Source: Terriglobia bacterium
GTDB taxonomy: Bacteria > Acidobacteriota > Terriglobia > JAJPHL01 > JAPKYU01
Length of the DNA stretch: 64,000 nt
Direction: 5' to 3'
Assembly (NCBI GenBank): GCA_965206645.1
Contig: CBDBKE010000004.1
Span: forward strand, 1,888,001-1,952,000
The notes beneath the pieces are model-generated. The model was not told where the DNA came from and made no database searches. It saw only the letters and a list, made by a program, of their open reading frames with translations. Positions 32,338-43,439 of the stretch are shown piece after piece (position 1 is the first letter of the stretch; every line of letters starts with the position of its first letter). The translations under genes were made by a program, and so were the position numbers.

Positions 32338-35033
32338 CCCGGATTTCCTTTTTGGAAACGCAGCGGCAACCTTCAGCTAACCTCCAACGTCAATGTTGAT
32401 ACTGGTTGCAGCATCAATCGGAGCGTTCGGAGGCGTAAACCCAATGGGTGAGAGCGGAAAACAGGGATTTCAGCTGTCGTTCAACCGATTCCTGCGAGTC
32501 GGATTTCAGGGATCACGGGTGACTTCCAATGGTGGACTGATTCTGGTCTGGGAGTTGGATGAGCGTCTGGGATTCAGCGAACTCATTGACGAGCACCTGA
32601 CCGATTCGCGGGCAAACAATGCTCGGTTTTCTTTCGCGGACTTGCTGCGGCAGTCGGTCTACAGTCGCCTAGCTGGATACGAGGATGTAAATGATGCCGA
32701 GCGGCTGTCGCAAGACCCGACCTTTCGGCTGATTGGTTCAGAGAAGACTTGGGAACGAGGCGCGGCGCTGACCTCCAGGTTGCAAACTTTCGAGACGGAG
32801 ATGCTGGCGAAGGTGGAGAACTTCGTCGGGTTAGCCCGGATCAACCGGGAACTGATCGGAAAGGTCGAAGCCTTCCAGTGGCACTACCGAGCGGTGCTGG
32901 ATATGGACTCAACCGAGATTCCGGTCTGCGGGGAGCAGGAACAGAGCGCCTACAACGGACACTTCGAGTCCACTTGCTATCACCCGCTGCTTTTGTTCAA
33001 TCGAGACGGCGACTGTCTGGCGGCCCAGCTCCGTCCGGGCAACGTGCACAGTGCCGAGGGTTGGGAGAAACTCCTGTTACCCGAGATTGAGCGCCAGCAA
33101 AGAATGGGAAAAGAGATTGCGTTTCGGGCGGACGCGGCCTTTGCCAAGCCGGAGGTGTACGAGGCATTGGAGGAACGGGGTGTGAAGTACGCAATTCGCA
33201 TCCCGGCCAACGATATTCTGCAGCGAGACATCGAAGAGCTACTGAAACGCCCCGTGGGAAGGCCCACCAAGAAACCGCTGGTCGAGTACAAGGGGTTCTT
33301 GTACCAGGCAGCCGGTTGTGACCTGCCGGCTTTCTTCGGACCACCGATTACTGGAGAACAGCGCCAGTCGGCATGGTTAAGTCGCTCTCGTGTTCTTCTT
33401 GGTCAGCGTGAGCCGGCATCGCCGGCGAGCGCCCACCGTCATCCGAGCCAGCACGGAGCTGCGCTTTGAACTCGGCTGGCGTCAGATAGCCAAGGCTCGA
33501 GTGCGGTCGCACGTCGTTGTAGTGCCGTCGCCATTGCTCGATCCCCACCTTCGCGTCCACGCGGTTCCGAAACCACTGCAGGCTCAGATACTCGTCGCGG
33601 AACTTCCCGTTGAACGATTCGTCGGTCGCATTCTGCCACGGCTTGCCCGGCTCGATGAGCGCGGTTTCGATCTGCGCCTGGAGCAGCCACCGGAGAATCG
33701 CACCCGCGACAAACTCGGGGCCGTTGTCGGACCGGAGGTAACGTGGGGCTCCGTGGACGCTCACGAGCTGCGTGAGCACCTCGATAACGCGCCCGGACCG
33801 AATGCCGCCGGCCACGTCGATCGCGAGTGACTCGCGGGTCCATTCGTCGACGACGGTGAGGCACTTGAGCGTCTGCCCATTCGCGCAGGTGTCGAACACG
33901 AAGTCGTACGCCCAGACGTGATTGACCGCAGTGGCGGGCACCGGGCGGGGCCGGCTCAGGGCGACCCGGCGCCGCGGCCGCCGCCGAGGCACCTGCAACC
34001 CCGCCTGGCGCCAGAGGCGATGGGTCCGGTCCGTGCTCATCGTGTGCCCTTCGCGTTTTAGGAAAATCCGAATCCGGCGATAGCCGTACCGCGGATACTG
34101 CGCCGCCAGACGACGCATCGCGGCCAGCGCCGGGGCATCCCGGTCGACCAGCCGCGACTGGTAGCCCAGCGTGGACCGTGCGACGGAGAGCAAGGCGCAC
34201 GCGCGGCGACCCGACAGACCGCGTGCACGTGCATACGCGACCTGCGGCCGGCGCACGCGTGCGCCTACCATTTTTTTCGGGTGATCTCCTTGAGCACGTC
34301 GATCTCCAGATCTCGATCGGCCACCATCTTTTTCAGCCGGCCGTTCTCCTGCTCGAGCTGCCGCAGCCGCTTCACATCGGCGGGCTCCAACGTGCCGAAG
34401 TGTTTCCGCCAGGCGTAGAGCGTCTGGGCGCTGACGCCGTTCTTTTTGGCCACCTCCGGAACGGGCCGCTGATCGGCCTCGCGGAGGATCGTCACCATCT
34501 GCTCTTCGGTAAACCGGGTCTTCTTCATGGCTCCCTCGTTTCTCCGAGGGCGCCATTCTCTCAGGCTTCAGCTGGTCCGGAAATCGCCAGGCAGGTCAGT
34601 TGGAAGACGGCTCGAAGGGTGCTGGCGAAAGTAGAGCATCATTCCGGGGAGTTGTTCCCGCGAGTGGGGTTCATTGTAACGAATCTGACGCTGCCGAATC
34701 GGGCGGTGGTGCGGTTCTATAACAAGCGCGGCACCGCAGAACAGTGGATCAAGGAAGGCAAGCAGGCGGTGAAGATGACGCGGCTCAGTTGCCACAAGTT
34801 CCGATCTAACGAGGTACGGCTTTGGCTGACGATCATCGCCTACAACCTGGGCAACCTGTGGCGACGGCTAGTGCTGCCACAGAGAATCGAGAAATGGTCC
34901 TTGACGAGCCTCCAGCAGCGGCTGGTGAAAACCGGAGGACGGCTCCTAAAACACTCACGGTACTACTGGCTCCTGCTGGCCGAGGGCCATTTGACCCGAC
35001 GGCTGTTTGCCAGCATCCTGGGGCGGATCGATG
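32338..35033 (+). mobile_element. IS1380-family element, interrupted by an IS3 copy and lacking its right end
   Basis: CCCGGATTTCC left end; transposase from 32444 (LDMDSTE, FRADAAFA, FYNKRGTAEQWIKEGK); stops abruptly at ~35033. Confidence 0.92.
33319..34598 (-). mobile_element. IS3-family element, species B copy 1 (1280 bp)
   Basis: Ends TGACCTGCC; orfA 34265-34528, A7 slippery site, orfB DDE motifs; 4-bp TSD GTTG. Confidence 0.97.
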
Positions 35034-35948
35034 ATTAGTCCTTGGGCGATTTCTTTTCCCACCAGCTTCACAAATTGCTCGTTGACCATCTCGCCCTGAT
35101 TGAATACAAGCATCTTCATTCCGAGCTCGGTATATTGTTTCATAATGACAGCACCGCTTCCCGTCCTTGCGGCCACGAGAAGCGCATCTGGGTTAAGCCC
35201 TTTGATTTTTGTAAGTACGGACATGAAATTAGTCTCGCCTTCTTCATAAGAATCGACGTTGAGGACCTTTCCACCTTCACTTTCGACGACTCGTTTGAAC
35301 GAACTCGCTACCCCTCGCCCCCAGTCGTCATTGACGAGCAGAAAGCTGACGTTCTCTCCCCCAGTTCCACGATCATCTGTTGAGTTCCACGATCATCTTG
35401 GCAAAAACGGTAGCATTCATGTCGTCGGGAAGGTTGGCACGGAAGATCCATTGATTGCCACCCACCCCTGCTCTCACCGTGATCATCGGGTTCGTTGAGG
35501 TCTCAACGACATGTGGAATCTTTCCTGTTGATTGATCGGCATGGCCGCCAGCGCGGCCGAACTGCATCCGTGTCCGATTGTGGCTACAACTCTATCTCTC
35601 GTAATGATCTTTCTTGTGGCCGAAACCGATTCTGCAGGATTGCATTTGTCATCCGCCGCATACAACCTAAGGGAGCGGCCCAACAATCCACCGGCAGCAT
35701 TTATCTGCTCCACCGCAAGCGTCGCACCCTTCACGCCTTCGCTGCCCACAAGTGCAACAGAGCCCGCAAGGGGACCAACATACCCAATCCGGATCGATTC
35801 TATTTTAGATGCACAAGAAGAGAGGAAAATGAAGGCCATTAACGTCGCCGTGACTATCCCTTTGTTCTGCATGATCCTTCCCTCTTTTTCAGTGTTACGT
35901 TCCTTGGACCTACACACCTTCATCTTTTCTGTCTCTATCATCTGCCCC

Positions 35949-36662
35949 TCAGAATTGTTTCAGTAACCTTCCGAAACCCGAGATGGAATCTCCACATCCA
36001 ATCTTTCGGAGGGCAGCCCGGAAGGTCGCTTGATTGCTCGTCACCACCGGTTTCTTGCAGTCCTTCTCCAATCGTTTTATGATGTCCATCGTTCGGAAGT
36101 TCGTACAGCTAATGAAAATCGCGTCCGCAGAGGAATCATCCATGCCTTTTACGAATCGGTATGTATTGTCTGGCATCTCGCAGCCGATTAGGAAGGCATC
36201 TCTAATTTCCAGCCCTTTTATCGTGAGAACTCCGAAACCGTTTTCTTCGAGATACAATTTCTCCAATCGATTAATCTCATCAGGGTAGGGTGTCGCAACG
36301 ACAAGCATCTTTGCCTCGAGGTTTTTCAACGCTAGTACCACGGCCCCTGATGTGGTCACTGAAGGGATATGCGAGGTTCTCTCGATTCTCTCCTTCAGCT
36401 CGTCTTCACCCGTTCCACCCTTCACAAAACTGCCGGACGTGCAAGTGAAGGCAATGACATCCACGTGTGCGCTGGCCAATTCATCTGCGGCCCTTTCGAC
36501 ATGCTTGAGCATCGCCAAGGTATCGTCATAGTCAGTGCTGGTGTTTCTTATCCTCGCCGCAAAACATGAAACTCCTTCAGGAACAGCCCGATTCATTTCT
36601 GGCTTCGCAACTGTGTTCGCGGAAGGGACCAACAATCCGATTTTTCCCCGCCAGCCGTACAT
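35949..36662 (-). CDS. Maleate cis-trans isomerase / Asp-Glu-hydantoin racemase family protein
   Basis: IGLLVPSANT, FTCTSGS, VATPY, IFISCTN, KPVVTSNQA. Confidence 0.88.
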   Translation of the reverse strand: MYGWRGKIGLLVPSANTVAKPEMNRAVPEGVSCFAARIRNTSTDYDDTLAMLKHVERAADELASAHVDVIAFTCTSGSFVKGGTGEDELKERIERTSHIPSVTTSGAVVLALKNLEAKMLVVATPYPDEINRLEKLYLEENGFGVLTIKGLEIRDAFLIGCEMPDNTYRFVKGMDDSSADAIFISCTNFRTMDIIKRLEKDCKKPVVTSNQATFRAALRKIGCGDSISGFGRLLKQF

Positions 36663-36688
36663 GTTCAACCTCCTTTGCACCATCCCAT

Positions 36689-37938
36689 TGACCTGACCGG
36701 CACTTTTTGTACCAAGTGGAAAGAGAGAGAATCCACTTGAGGAGGAAGTGAGGTCATGCCGACAAGGAGTTACAAGCCGGAGCAGATTGTAGCGGTGCTA
36801 CGGCAGATAGAAGTGCAGATGGGGAACGGGAAGACTGCGCCCCAAGCCTGCAAAGAAGCTGGAATCCACACCCAAACCTACTACCGGTGGCGGAAGGAAT
36901 ACGGCGGGCTGAAGGTGGTGCAGGCAAAACGGCTAAAGGAGTTGGAGAAGGAAAACACGCGGCTGAAGCGGTTGGTAGCGGAGCTTTCTCTGGAGAAGCA
37001 GGTGCTGCGGGATGTGGCACAGGGAAACTTCTGAGCCCTGAGCGGCGGCGTTGTGCGGTGGAACGTGCGTGGGAGCAACACGGGTTGTTGGAACGGCATG
37101 CCTGCCGGCTGCTGGGGCAATGGCGAGGGACACAACGATACGAGCCGATTCATCGGGTGGACGAGGATGCTCTGACCCGAGCGATCATTGCCCTGGGAGC
37201 GAAGTACGGGCGATATGGCTACCGGAGGATCACAGCGTTGCTGCGGAGTGCGGGCTGGGAAGTGGGCAAGGACCGGGTGCAGCGGATTTGGCGGCGGGAA
37301 GGGCTGAAAGTGCCGCAAAAACAAAGGCCGCGAGGACGGCTGTGGCTGAACGACGGTTCCTGTGTACGACTGAGGCCGGAGCGACCGAACCACGTGTGGA
37401 GCTACGACTTCATGAGTGCCAGAACGCACGAGGGGAGAACGCTGCGGCTGCTGACCTTGCTGGATGAGTACACGCGGGAATGCCTGGCGATCCGGGTGGA
37501 GCGGAGGATGGGCAGCCAACAAATCATTGAGGCGTTGTCGGACGTGATGTTGTGGCGAGGGATACCGGAACAGATTCGATCCGACAATGGTCCCGAGTTC
37601 ATCGCCAAACAACTGCGCCAGTGGTTGGCAAATCTAGGGACCGGGACACTGTACATCGAACCGGGCAGTCCCTGGGAGAACGGGTACTGCGAGAGTTTCA
37701 ATGGGAAGCTGCGGGACGAATGCCTGAATGGAGAGATCTTCTACTCGTTGAAGGAGGCACAGGTGGTGATTGAACAGTGGAGGGTGCAATACAACACGGT
37801 GCGGCCGCACTCGGCGCTCGGCTATAGGCCCCCGGCGCCGGGGGCCTATAGCCCTCCCCTGCCACTGAAACCAGTTTCACAGCCCCAGGCTGCGATGTAA
37901 ACTCTCACTACGGTTGGTACAAAAAATCGGTCTGGTCA
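36689..37938 (+). mobile_element. IS3-family element, species A copy 2 (1250 bp)
   Basis: Near-identical inverted copy of 20618-21867; no TSD. Confidence 0.96.
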
Positions 37939-38597
37939 GCTGAGGCGTTCAGCTCCATGAAAACCGGGATGTCGAGAGAGGCGATGAGCTCCCAGAACGG
38001 GCTCATGCGTGCATCGTTGAAGGCCCACCGGAATCCATAGCGGGCGAAGGAATCCACCGAGTAATAGAGTCCGCGCAGGCCCAGGCGGCGGTAGGCGCGT
38101 TCCACCTCTTCCATCCACCGGGGGGTGTAGGCCATGGCGTCGTCCACGTGTAAGAGGCCGGTGAATTTGGTAGGGTGCGCGCTTTGCGCGCAAGCGTTGT
38201 AGTCGTTCATCATGCCGTAGGTCGGCCCCGCTTGAAGCACGCAGTGGCTGACCCCCGCGTAGCCCATCTGGGCCAGCATCAGCTCAGGCGGAGATTGTAT
38301 CGCGGCCATGCCAACGGGATAATACTGGACGAAATAGTCCGTGCCGTCGATGGTGAACTCCATGCGGCCGCATGTTCCCACCCGAAACCCGATATCGTCG
38401 CGCAGACCGTCCCAAGAGTTGTCGCCCGGGCGAAAGAGCAGTTGGGCATCGGCAGGGGCGCTGTCGCGCGTCCGGAAGACCCGCGCCGCCGGTCGAGTAA
38501 GGTTTTTCTGGATATACTTAAGATGAAGATCCTTGGCGTCATGCTCGCATTTGCCGTGCCAGTTTCCGAAGATATGGGCATGGGAATCGACGATCAT
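37939..38597 (-). pseudogene. Amidohydrolase family 2 protein, 3'-truncated by IS
   Basis: RBS GGAGGAG; MIVDSHAHIF; PELMLAQMGYAGVSHCVLQ; ends at the IS. Confidence 0.8.
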
Positions 38598-38647
38598 CGG
38601 TTTGCTCCTCCAACGGAGGAATTGTCTCACGACTGTCGGCCAAGCGG

Positions 38648-38730
38648 GCCTAACGATGGGCTGCAACAGAGCCGGGCTGCAGCAAAGCCGCCAAAAGCGA
38701 GGGTTTGGCTGCAGCGCCTGGTCGTTAGGC
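38648..38730. other. Integron attC-like site (83 bp)
   Basis: GCCTAAC...GTTAGGC (RYYYAAC/GTTRRRY) with internal GGCTGCA/TGCAGC inverted boxes. Confidence 0.7.
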
Positions 38731-38758
38731 ACAACGTGCAGGCAAAGCGTGAACGACT

Positions 38759-38995
38759 ATGCATAGTGACAAGCTAGGCCAGTTGTCACCGGAGATCAAC
38801 CTTTGCCTGGGTGAAGTGCTGGAGTTCAGACGCTCGCTCACTGAGAAGGCCGATCGGACTTGTGCTCTTCTAGCCGGCTCCTTGTGGACGGCGAGCTCGA
38901 GAAGCTCATGAGAGAACTTCTCGTCGGGGACGCCGATGTTGCCGGCCGGCTCTTCAGGCCGGATGGGACGCAGGGTCTTGGAAGGGCATGTTGAT
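38759..38995 (+). pseudogene. Frameshifted MtlR/MltR-like gene-cassette fragment
   Basis: FRRSLTEKADRTCALLAGS / LVDGELEKLMRELLVGD in two frames; lies between GTTAGGC and GCCTAAC. Confidence 0.45.
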
Positions 38996-39017
38996 GCCTA
39001 ACAAGCCGCTGCAGCCG
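38996..39017 (+). other. Truncated second attC (left half only)
   Basis: GCCTAACAAGCCGCTGCAGCCG, a typical attC start; no matching GTTRRRY downstream. Confidence 0.55.
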
Positions 39018-39070
39018 GGCAGGCACACAGGCACGTGAACCCGGGGGCGCAAGCTTTGTCATTCGTCACA

Positions 39071-40165
39071 CTACTGCGCGTGGTGCGGATGATAGCCTCT
39101 AACGTTGAGCCGGACCCGGTAAAGGCTGGTGTCGATGGTCACATAGAGCACGTTCGCCTCTTCGCCGATGCCGAATTCGACATTGCTTGGCAAGCCCACT
39201 AGTTTCTCTGCGCCTTCCTGGTGGGGCGGACCCGTGGGGATGAACCCGAGTTCTTCGCCTTCGGGATTTATGATCACTACCCCGGGTCGTTTCGCGCTGC
39301 GGACCGCCAGATAGATGTTTCCTTCTTCGTCCACGGTCATGCCGTCGCAGCCGGCTTGGTCTCCAAAGTCCACTAGGGTCTTCCGTTCGCCCGATACCAA
39401 GCCATCTGGACTGAGTGGGAAAGCATAGACTTTCATTGGTCCCTGCGTTGCGGGCGGCGCATTAGGGTCGTCGACATGCTCACTCCCGTTGTCGAGGTCG
39501 GCTGCGTAAAGCGTTTTCTCATCCAGGCTAAGGGCCACACCGTTCGGTTTAGCTACCTCGCGAGTAATTTCAATGACCGTCCCATCTTTGTTGACCCTGA
39601 AAATAGCGAAGTAGTCGAGATCGCGAGTTTCTGGGCCCAGGTATCGCGGATCGCTGAAGTAGACGCGTCCCCGGTTGTCGATAGCGACGTCGTTGGGCGC
39701 GTTAAATTTCTTGCCCTTGTAGTTGTCCGCCAATGTTGTGCGCTTGCCGGTTTCAACGTTCCAGCGCGAAATCTGCCGGCCGCCGTAGTCGGCCCCCTCG
39801 GCGGCAATCAAATGACCCTCGGCGTCGAAGGCTAGCCCGTTGGACTTGTGGCTGTCTTTGGCAAAGACAGTGGTCTCGCCTGTTTTCGTGTCGAAGCGCA
39901 GGATCATGCCTTTATCTTTTCCGAAGGCGATGTCCGAAAAGTAGATGCTGCCGTCGGGTGCCACTGCCGGTCCCTCTGTCAGGCCTCCCTTGATGTCGGC
40001 CGTTCGCGTGAAAACGTGTTCCAGCTTGGCGTCGGTCGGGACGATTTTTCCCTCGACTGGAGCAGTGGCCTTCTCGGGCGCTTTTGGTGTACCGCATGAA
40101 AACAGAAATCCTGTTATCAACAGGAAGGGGAAAGTGGTTTTGCTAAGTTGCATGGGTTGTTCCAT
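39071..40165 (-). CDS. SMP-30/gluconolactonase/LRE family lipoprotein
   Basis: Lipobox LFSC, TEGPAV, SNGLAFD, FNAPNDV, YFSDP, PNGVALS, CDGMTVDEEGNIY. Confidence 0.92.
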   Translation of the reverse strand: MEQPMQLSKTTFPFLLITGFLFSCGTPKAPEKATAPVEGKIVPTDAKLEHVFTRTADIKGGLTEGPAVAPDGSIYFSDIAFGKDKGMILRFDTKTGETTVFAKDSHKSNGLAFDAEGHLIAAEGADYGGRQISRWNVETGKRTTLADNYKGKKFNAPNDVAIDNRGRVYFSDPRYLGPETRDLDYFAIFRVNKDGTVIEITREVAKPNGVALSLDEKTLYAADLDNGSEHVDDPNAPPATQGPMKVYAFPLSPDGLVSGERKTLVDFGDQAGCDGMTVDEEGNIYLAVRSAKRPGVVIINPEGEELGFIPTGPPHQEGAEKLVGLPSNVEFGIGEEANVLYVTIDTSLYRVRLNVRGYHPHHAQ

Positions 40166-40336
40166 TCATCACGACACCTACCGCGAACCGACGGTCTTCC
40201 CGGTCCGTGCACGCGTCGTAGTGGCGAAAAACGCGTTTGCGAGGCTCTCGCGTCCCGACGCTTAGCCCCCAGAGCCTGGCGCTTCAGACACGGATCGACC
40301 AATTATGCCAGATAGATCCTCCCGGCGTCCAGATAC

Positions 40337-40391
40337 GTCCAGGTTGGAACGTAGGTAAACACTAGCCCGCTAGTGTGGACCTATCCGGCAT
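40337..40391 (+). repeat. dif-like palindromic site S2
   Basis: Core GGTAAACACTA-GCCCGC-TAGTGTGGACC (40354-40381); an inverted half-site precedes it at 40305-40320. Confidence 0.8.
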
Positions 40392-40405
40392 TGCTGAACC
40401 CGACC

Positions 40406-40930
40406 TCAGCGCACTTTAACGACGAAGTAGAGGAAGGGCGCCTTCACTTGCTTGAACCAGTGGGGCGTGCTTTGAGGCACGATGATGACGTCGCCTTTAA
40501 CTAACTGGTGAGTCTTGCCGTCGCGGATGGATGCCCCAAGGATCTCATTCGGCGCGGTTGTCTTTCCGCCCACGACCGTGCCTCCGGTGACGAAAGTTGC
40601 GGTGCCTCGGAGCACATAAAAAATATCCGTATCCAACAGGTGTACTTCAACCTCGCCGGCCTTTTCCCGCCGACTGGCGTGCACCTGGTAGTTGCGCCCG
40701 GGCTCTTCGCCCAGCACCACCGCGCCCCGGTCAAAGGCGGCAGCCACCTGGGTGGTGTCGAAATAGAGAACCGGCAGAGAGGTCGTGCTGCTCGCAGTCA
40801 GGGCACCGACGGCGGTTTTCGCCAGCGCAACATCAACAGTCAAAATCCTCTTGTGGTCCGCCGCGAGAGAGATCGCCGACACCGAGACCAATAGAAAGAG
40901 CGTCGAAACCAGGGTTGATCTTCGAATCAT
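40406..40930 (-). CDS. Secreted cupin-domain protein
   Basis: EVHLLDTDIFYVLRGTATFVTGG, GDVIIVPQSTPHWF; signal peptide; RBS GGAGG. Confidence 0.85.
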   Translation of the reverse strand: MIRRSTLVSTLFLLVSVSAISLAADHKRILTVDVALAKTAVGALTASSTTSLPVLYFDTTQVAAAFDRGAVVLGEEPGRNYQVHASRREKAGEVEVHLLDTDIFYVLRGTATFVTGGTVVGGKTTAPNEILGASIRDGKTHQLVKGDVIIVPQSTPHWFKQVKAPFLYFVVKVR

Positions 40931-40950
40931 GAACCACCTCCTCGAACTAT

Positions 40951-40994
40951 TGCCGTGACAGATAGGTCCCGACTAGTCGGTTAGTGTTTACCTA
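40951..40994 (-). repeat. dif-like palindromic site S3 (inverted)
   Basis: Minus-strand core GGTAAACACTA-ACCGAC-TAGTCGGGACC (40965-40992). Confidence 0.8.
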
Positions 40995-41018
40995 TCCTTA
41001 CTAAGGAACACCATACCA

Positions 41019-41071
41019 TCCAGGCAGAACATTGGTAAACGCTAGCCCGTTAGGGAAGACTTATCCGGCAT
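41019..41071 (+). repeat. dif-like palindromic site S4
   Basis: TCCAGG...GGTAAACGCTA-GCCCGT-TAGGGAAGACT-TATCCGGCAT. Confidence 0.75.
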
Positions 41072-41340
41072 TTAGGATCACGGGGCAACCATGCGAGCAG
41101 GCTATGCCACCGGGGAATCAGTGGCGCGGCTAAGGGCATAATGAAGAGATGTGGCAGAGTCTAGGTCGCGCGGGCCTTAAACTGTCAACGACGGCAGAGC
41201 TAACGGCGCTTGGCCGGGTCGCCGCGTTGACTTGGCTGCGGGCGGGGCGTAGCATGGCCGGCAAGAGGGCGGCGTGTGACCGGCCAGACTCTGGAACCGA
41301 GCAAGGGTTGAAACCGGAAATTCCGGCTAAGGGACACCAT

Positions 41341-41676
41341 ATGAGCGTTCGAGCAATTCCCGCAATCCTTCTTGTCACGTTATTTCTGTCCAGTTGTGGC
41401 AAACCAGTTCCGGCTGACAAAGCAGACTACGTTGGCCAGTGGAGGGCCCCAGAAATGTATCTGTTAATTACACAAGACGGGAGCATAGAATACGAACGGC
41501 TTAAGGAAGGGAGAAAAACGTCAATTACTGGACCTCTCCAAGGATTCCAAGGCGACGATTTCTCTGTTGGCATCTCATTCCTTTCAACCATCTTCGTCGT
41601 TTCCAAGCCGCCTTACCAAGAAGGCGGTAGATGGGAAATGGTCGTGGACGGTGTTGAACTAACTAAGGATCAATGA
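41341..41676 (+). CDS. Small hypothetical lipoprotein
   Basis: Lipobox FLSSC-GKPVP, YVGQW; lower GC than core genes. Confidence 0.75.
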   Translation: MSVRAIPAILLVTLFLSSCGKPVPADKADYVGQWRAPEMYLLITQDGSIEYERLKEGRKTSITGPLQGFQGDDFSVGISFLSTIFVVSKPPYQEGGRWEMVVDGVELTKDQ

Positions 41677-41781
41677 GCAGGTCGGTAAATTGACCCTGGG
41701 GTAGTGGCTGAGGTCAACGAGTCGAGGGATGGGAAGCGCGACAGACGATCCGGTTTACGTTTCCAATCCCCACCGTCTCAT

Positions 41782-43439
41782 CCGGAATTTCCATTTCGAG
41801 CTTCCTCTTCACCCGAAAAGCTATGCCTCGTACCCTGTCGTGTCAACCGCAAACAGCTCTGGCCTCTTTGAGGTGGTAGTGCGGCACATTTTGGCTGTTC
41901 TTCGGAGTCGCTGTGCGGGTTTCGCCTGCCCAGCCTGCCGCGCCGCTGACACTTATCCGGCCCGACCACTTCTGAGCACCTAAAATTACCCTCTCTCCCG
42001 GTTCGCTAGCCGTCTGGCAGCGGCAGTGCCGAGATCGTTCGCAGCATGCTGCTGAACAGCCTCCGGCTCAAGTGCCCTTCGGCCAGCAAAAGCCAGTAAT
42101 ATCGCGCATGTTTCACCAGCCGTCCTCCCGTTTTCACCAACCGCTGTTGCAAGCTCGTCAGGGACCAGTTCCCGATTCTCTGTGGCAGCACCAGTCGCCG
42201 CCACAGGTTGCCGAGATTATAGGCAATGATGGTGAGCCACAGCCGGACCTCGTTCGACCGGAACCGGTGACAACTGAGCCGCGTCATCTTCACTGCTTGC
42301 TTTCCTTCTTTGATCCACTGCTCCGCTGTCCCCCGCTTGTTGTAAAACCGCATCACCGCCCGACTTGGCAGAGTCAAGTTCGTAACGATAAACCCTACTC
42401 GCGGGAACAGCTCCCCTGGATGATGCTCCACCTTGGCCACCACCCTGCGGGCTGTCTTCCAACTGGCCGCTTGGTATAGAAAGCCCTTGAACTCCACCAA
42501 CGGCTTCTTGCTGGGTCTCCCCACCGGCCGAGTCAGCAACTCCTCAATGTCCCGCTGTAGGCTGTCGTTAGCCGGGATGCGGATGGCGTACTTTACCTCC
42601 CGCTCCTCCAGAGCCTCGTAAATCTCCGGCTTGGCAAAGGCCGCGTCGGCACGAAACACCACTTCCTTGCCCAGCTGCTGCTGCCGCTCGATCTCCGGCA
42701 GGAGAAGTTCTTTCCAGTCCTCGGCGCTGTGCACGTTGCCCGGTCGCAGCTTGGCCGCCAGACAGTCACCCTCGCGATTGAACAGCAACAACGGGTGATA
42801 GCAGCTCGACTCGAAATGCCCGTTGTAGGCACTCTGCTCCTGCTGGCCGTAGACCGGAATCTCGGTCGAGTCCATGTCCAGCACCACCCGTTGCGGGGAA
42901 TCCATAGCTTCCGCCCTGGCGATTAAATCCCGGTTGATCGCTGCCAAACCAGCCAGGTTCTCATCTTGCGTCAGTAGTTCTGTCTCGAACGATTGCAGCC
43001 GGGAAGTCAACGCGGCTCCTCGCTCCCAGATCTTTTCTGAACCGATCAGCCGGAACGTCGGATCTTGAGAGAGCCGTTCCGCGTCATTCATATCTTCGTA
43101 ACCCGCCAAGCGGCTGTACACGGACTGGCGCAGGAGGTCAGCAAAGGGCAACCGTGTGTTCTTTCTCCGAGGATCGGCCAAGTGCTGTTTGATGAGTTCT
43201 CCGAATCCCAAATGTTCGTCTGATTCGCGCACGAGGATCAGGCCGCCGTCGGAAGTAACCCGCGACCCCTGGAAATCGACCTTCAATGCAGCATTGAAAG
43301 AGAACTGAAAGGGCTGATTTTGCCTCTCACCCACTCGGTTTCTACCTCCGGAAGCTGTATTGACGCTGGAACCGGCATAAATATTGGCGTCGGAGGTCAG
43401 TATAAGGTTAGCTTTGGAGTTTTAAAACGGAAATCCGGG
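41782..43439 (-). mobile_element. IS1380-family element, complete (~1658 bp; transposase 42006-43334)
   Basis: Ends CCCGGATTTCC / CCGGAATTTCC; intact 442-aa transposase; no TSD. Confidence 0.94.

Larger units (their letters stand above)
31973..35872 (-). pseudogene. BCAA-type ABC substrate-binding lipoprotein (LivK-like), frameshifted and split by IS1380/IS3
   Basis: Lipobox LSSC, IRIGYVGPLAG, INAAGGLLGR, DDKCNPAE; C-terminal piece at 31973-32337. Confidence 0.85.

Noticed and set aside
20618-37938. Composite transposon formed by the two IS-A copies
   Set aside because: No target duplication at the outer ends, and the segment includes a host tRNA gene
41952-41962. CTTATCCGGC as another dif-like site or an enterobacterial REP
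   Set aside because: Only the tail matches, it has no arms, and it lies inside the IS1380 right-end region
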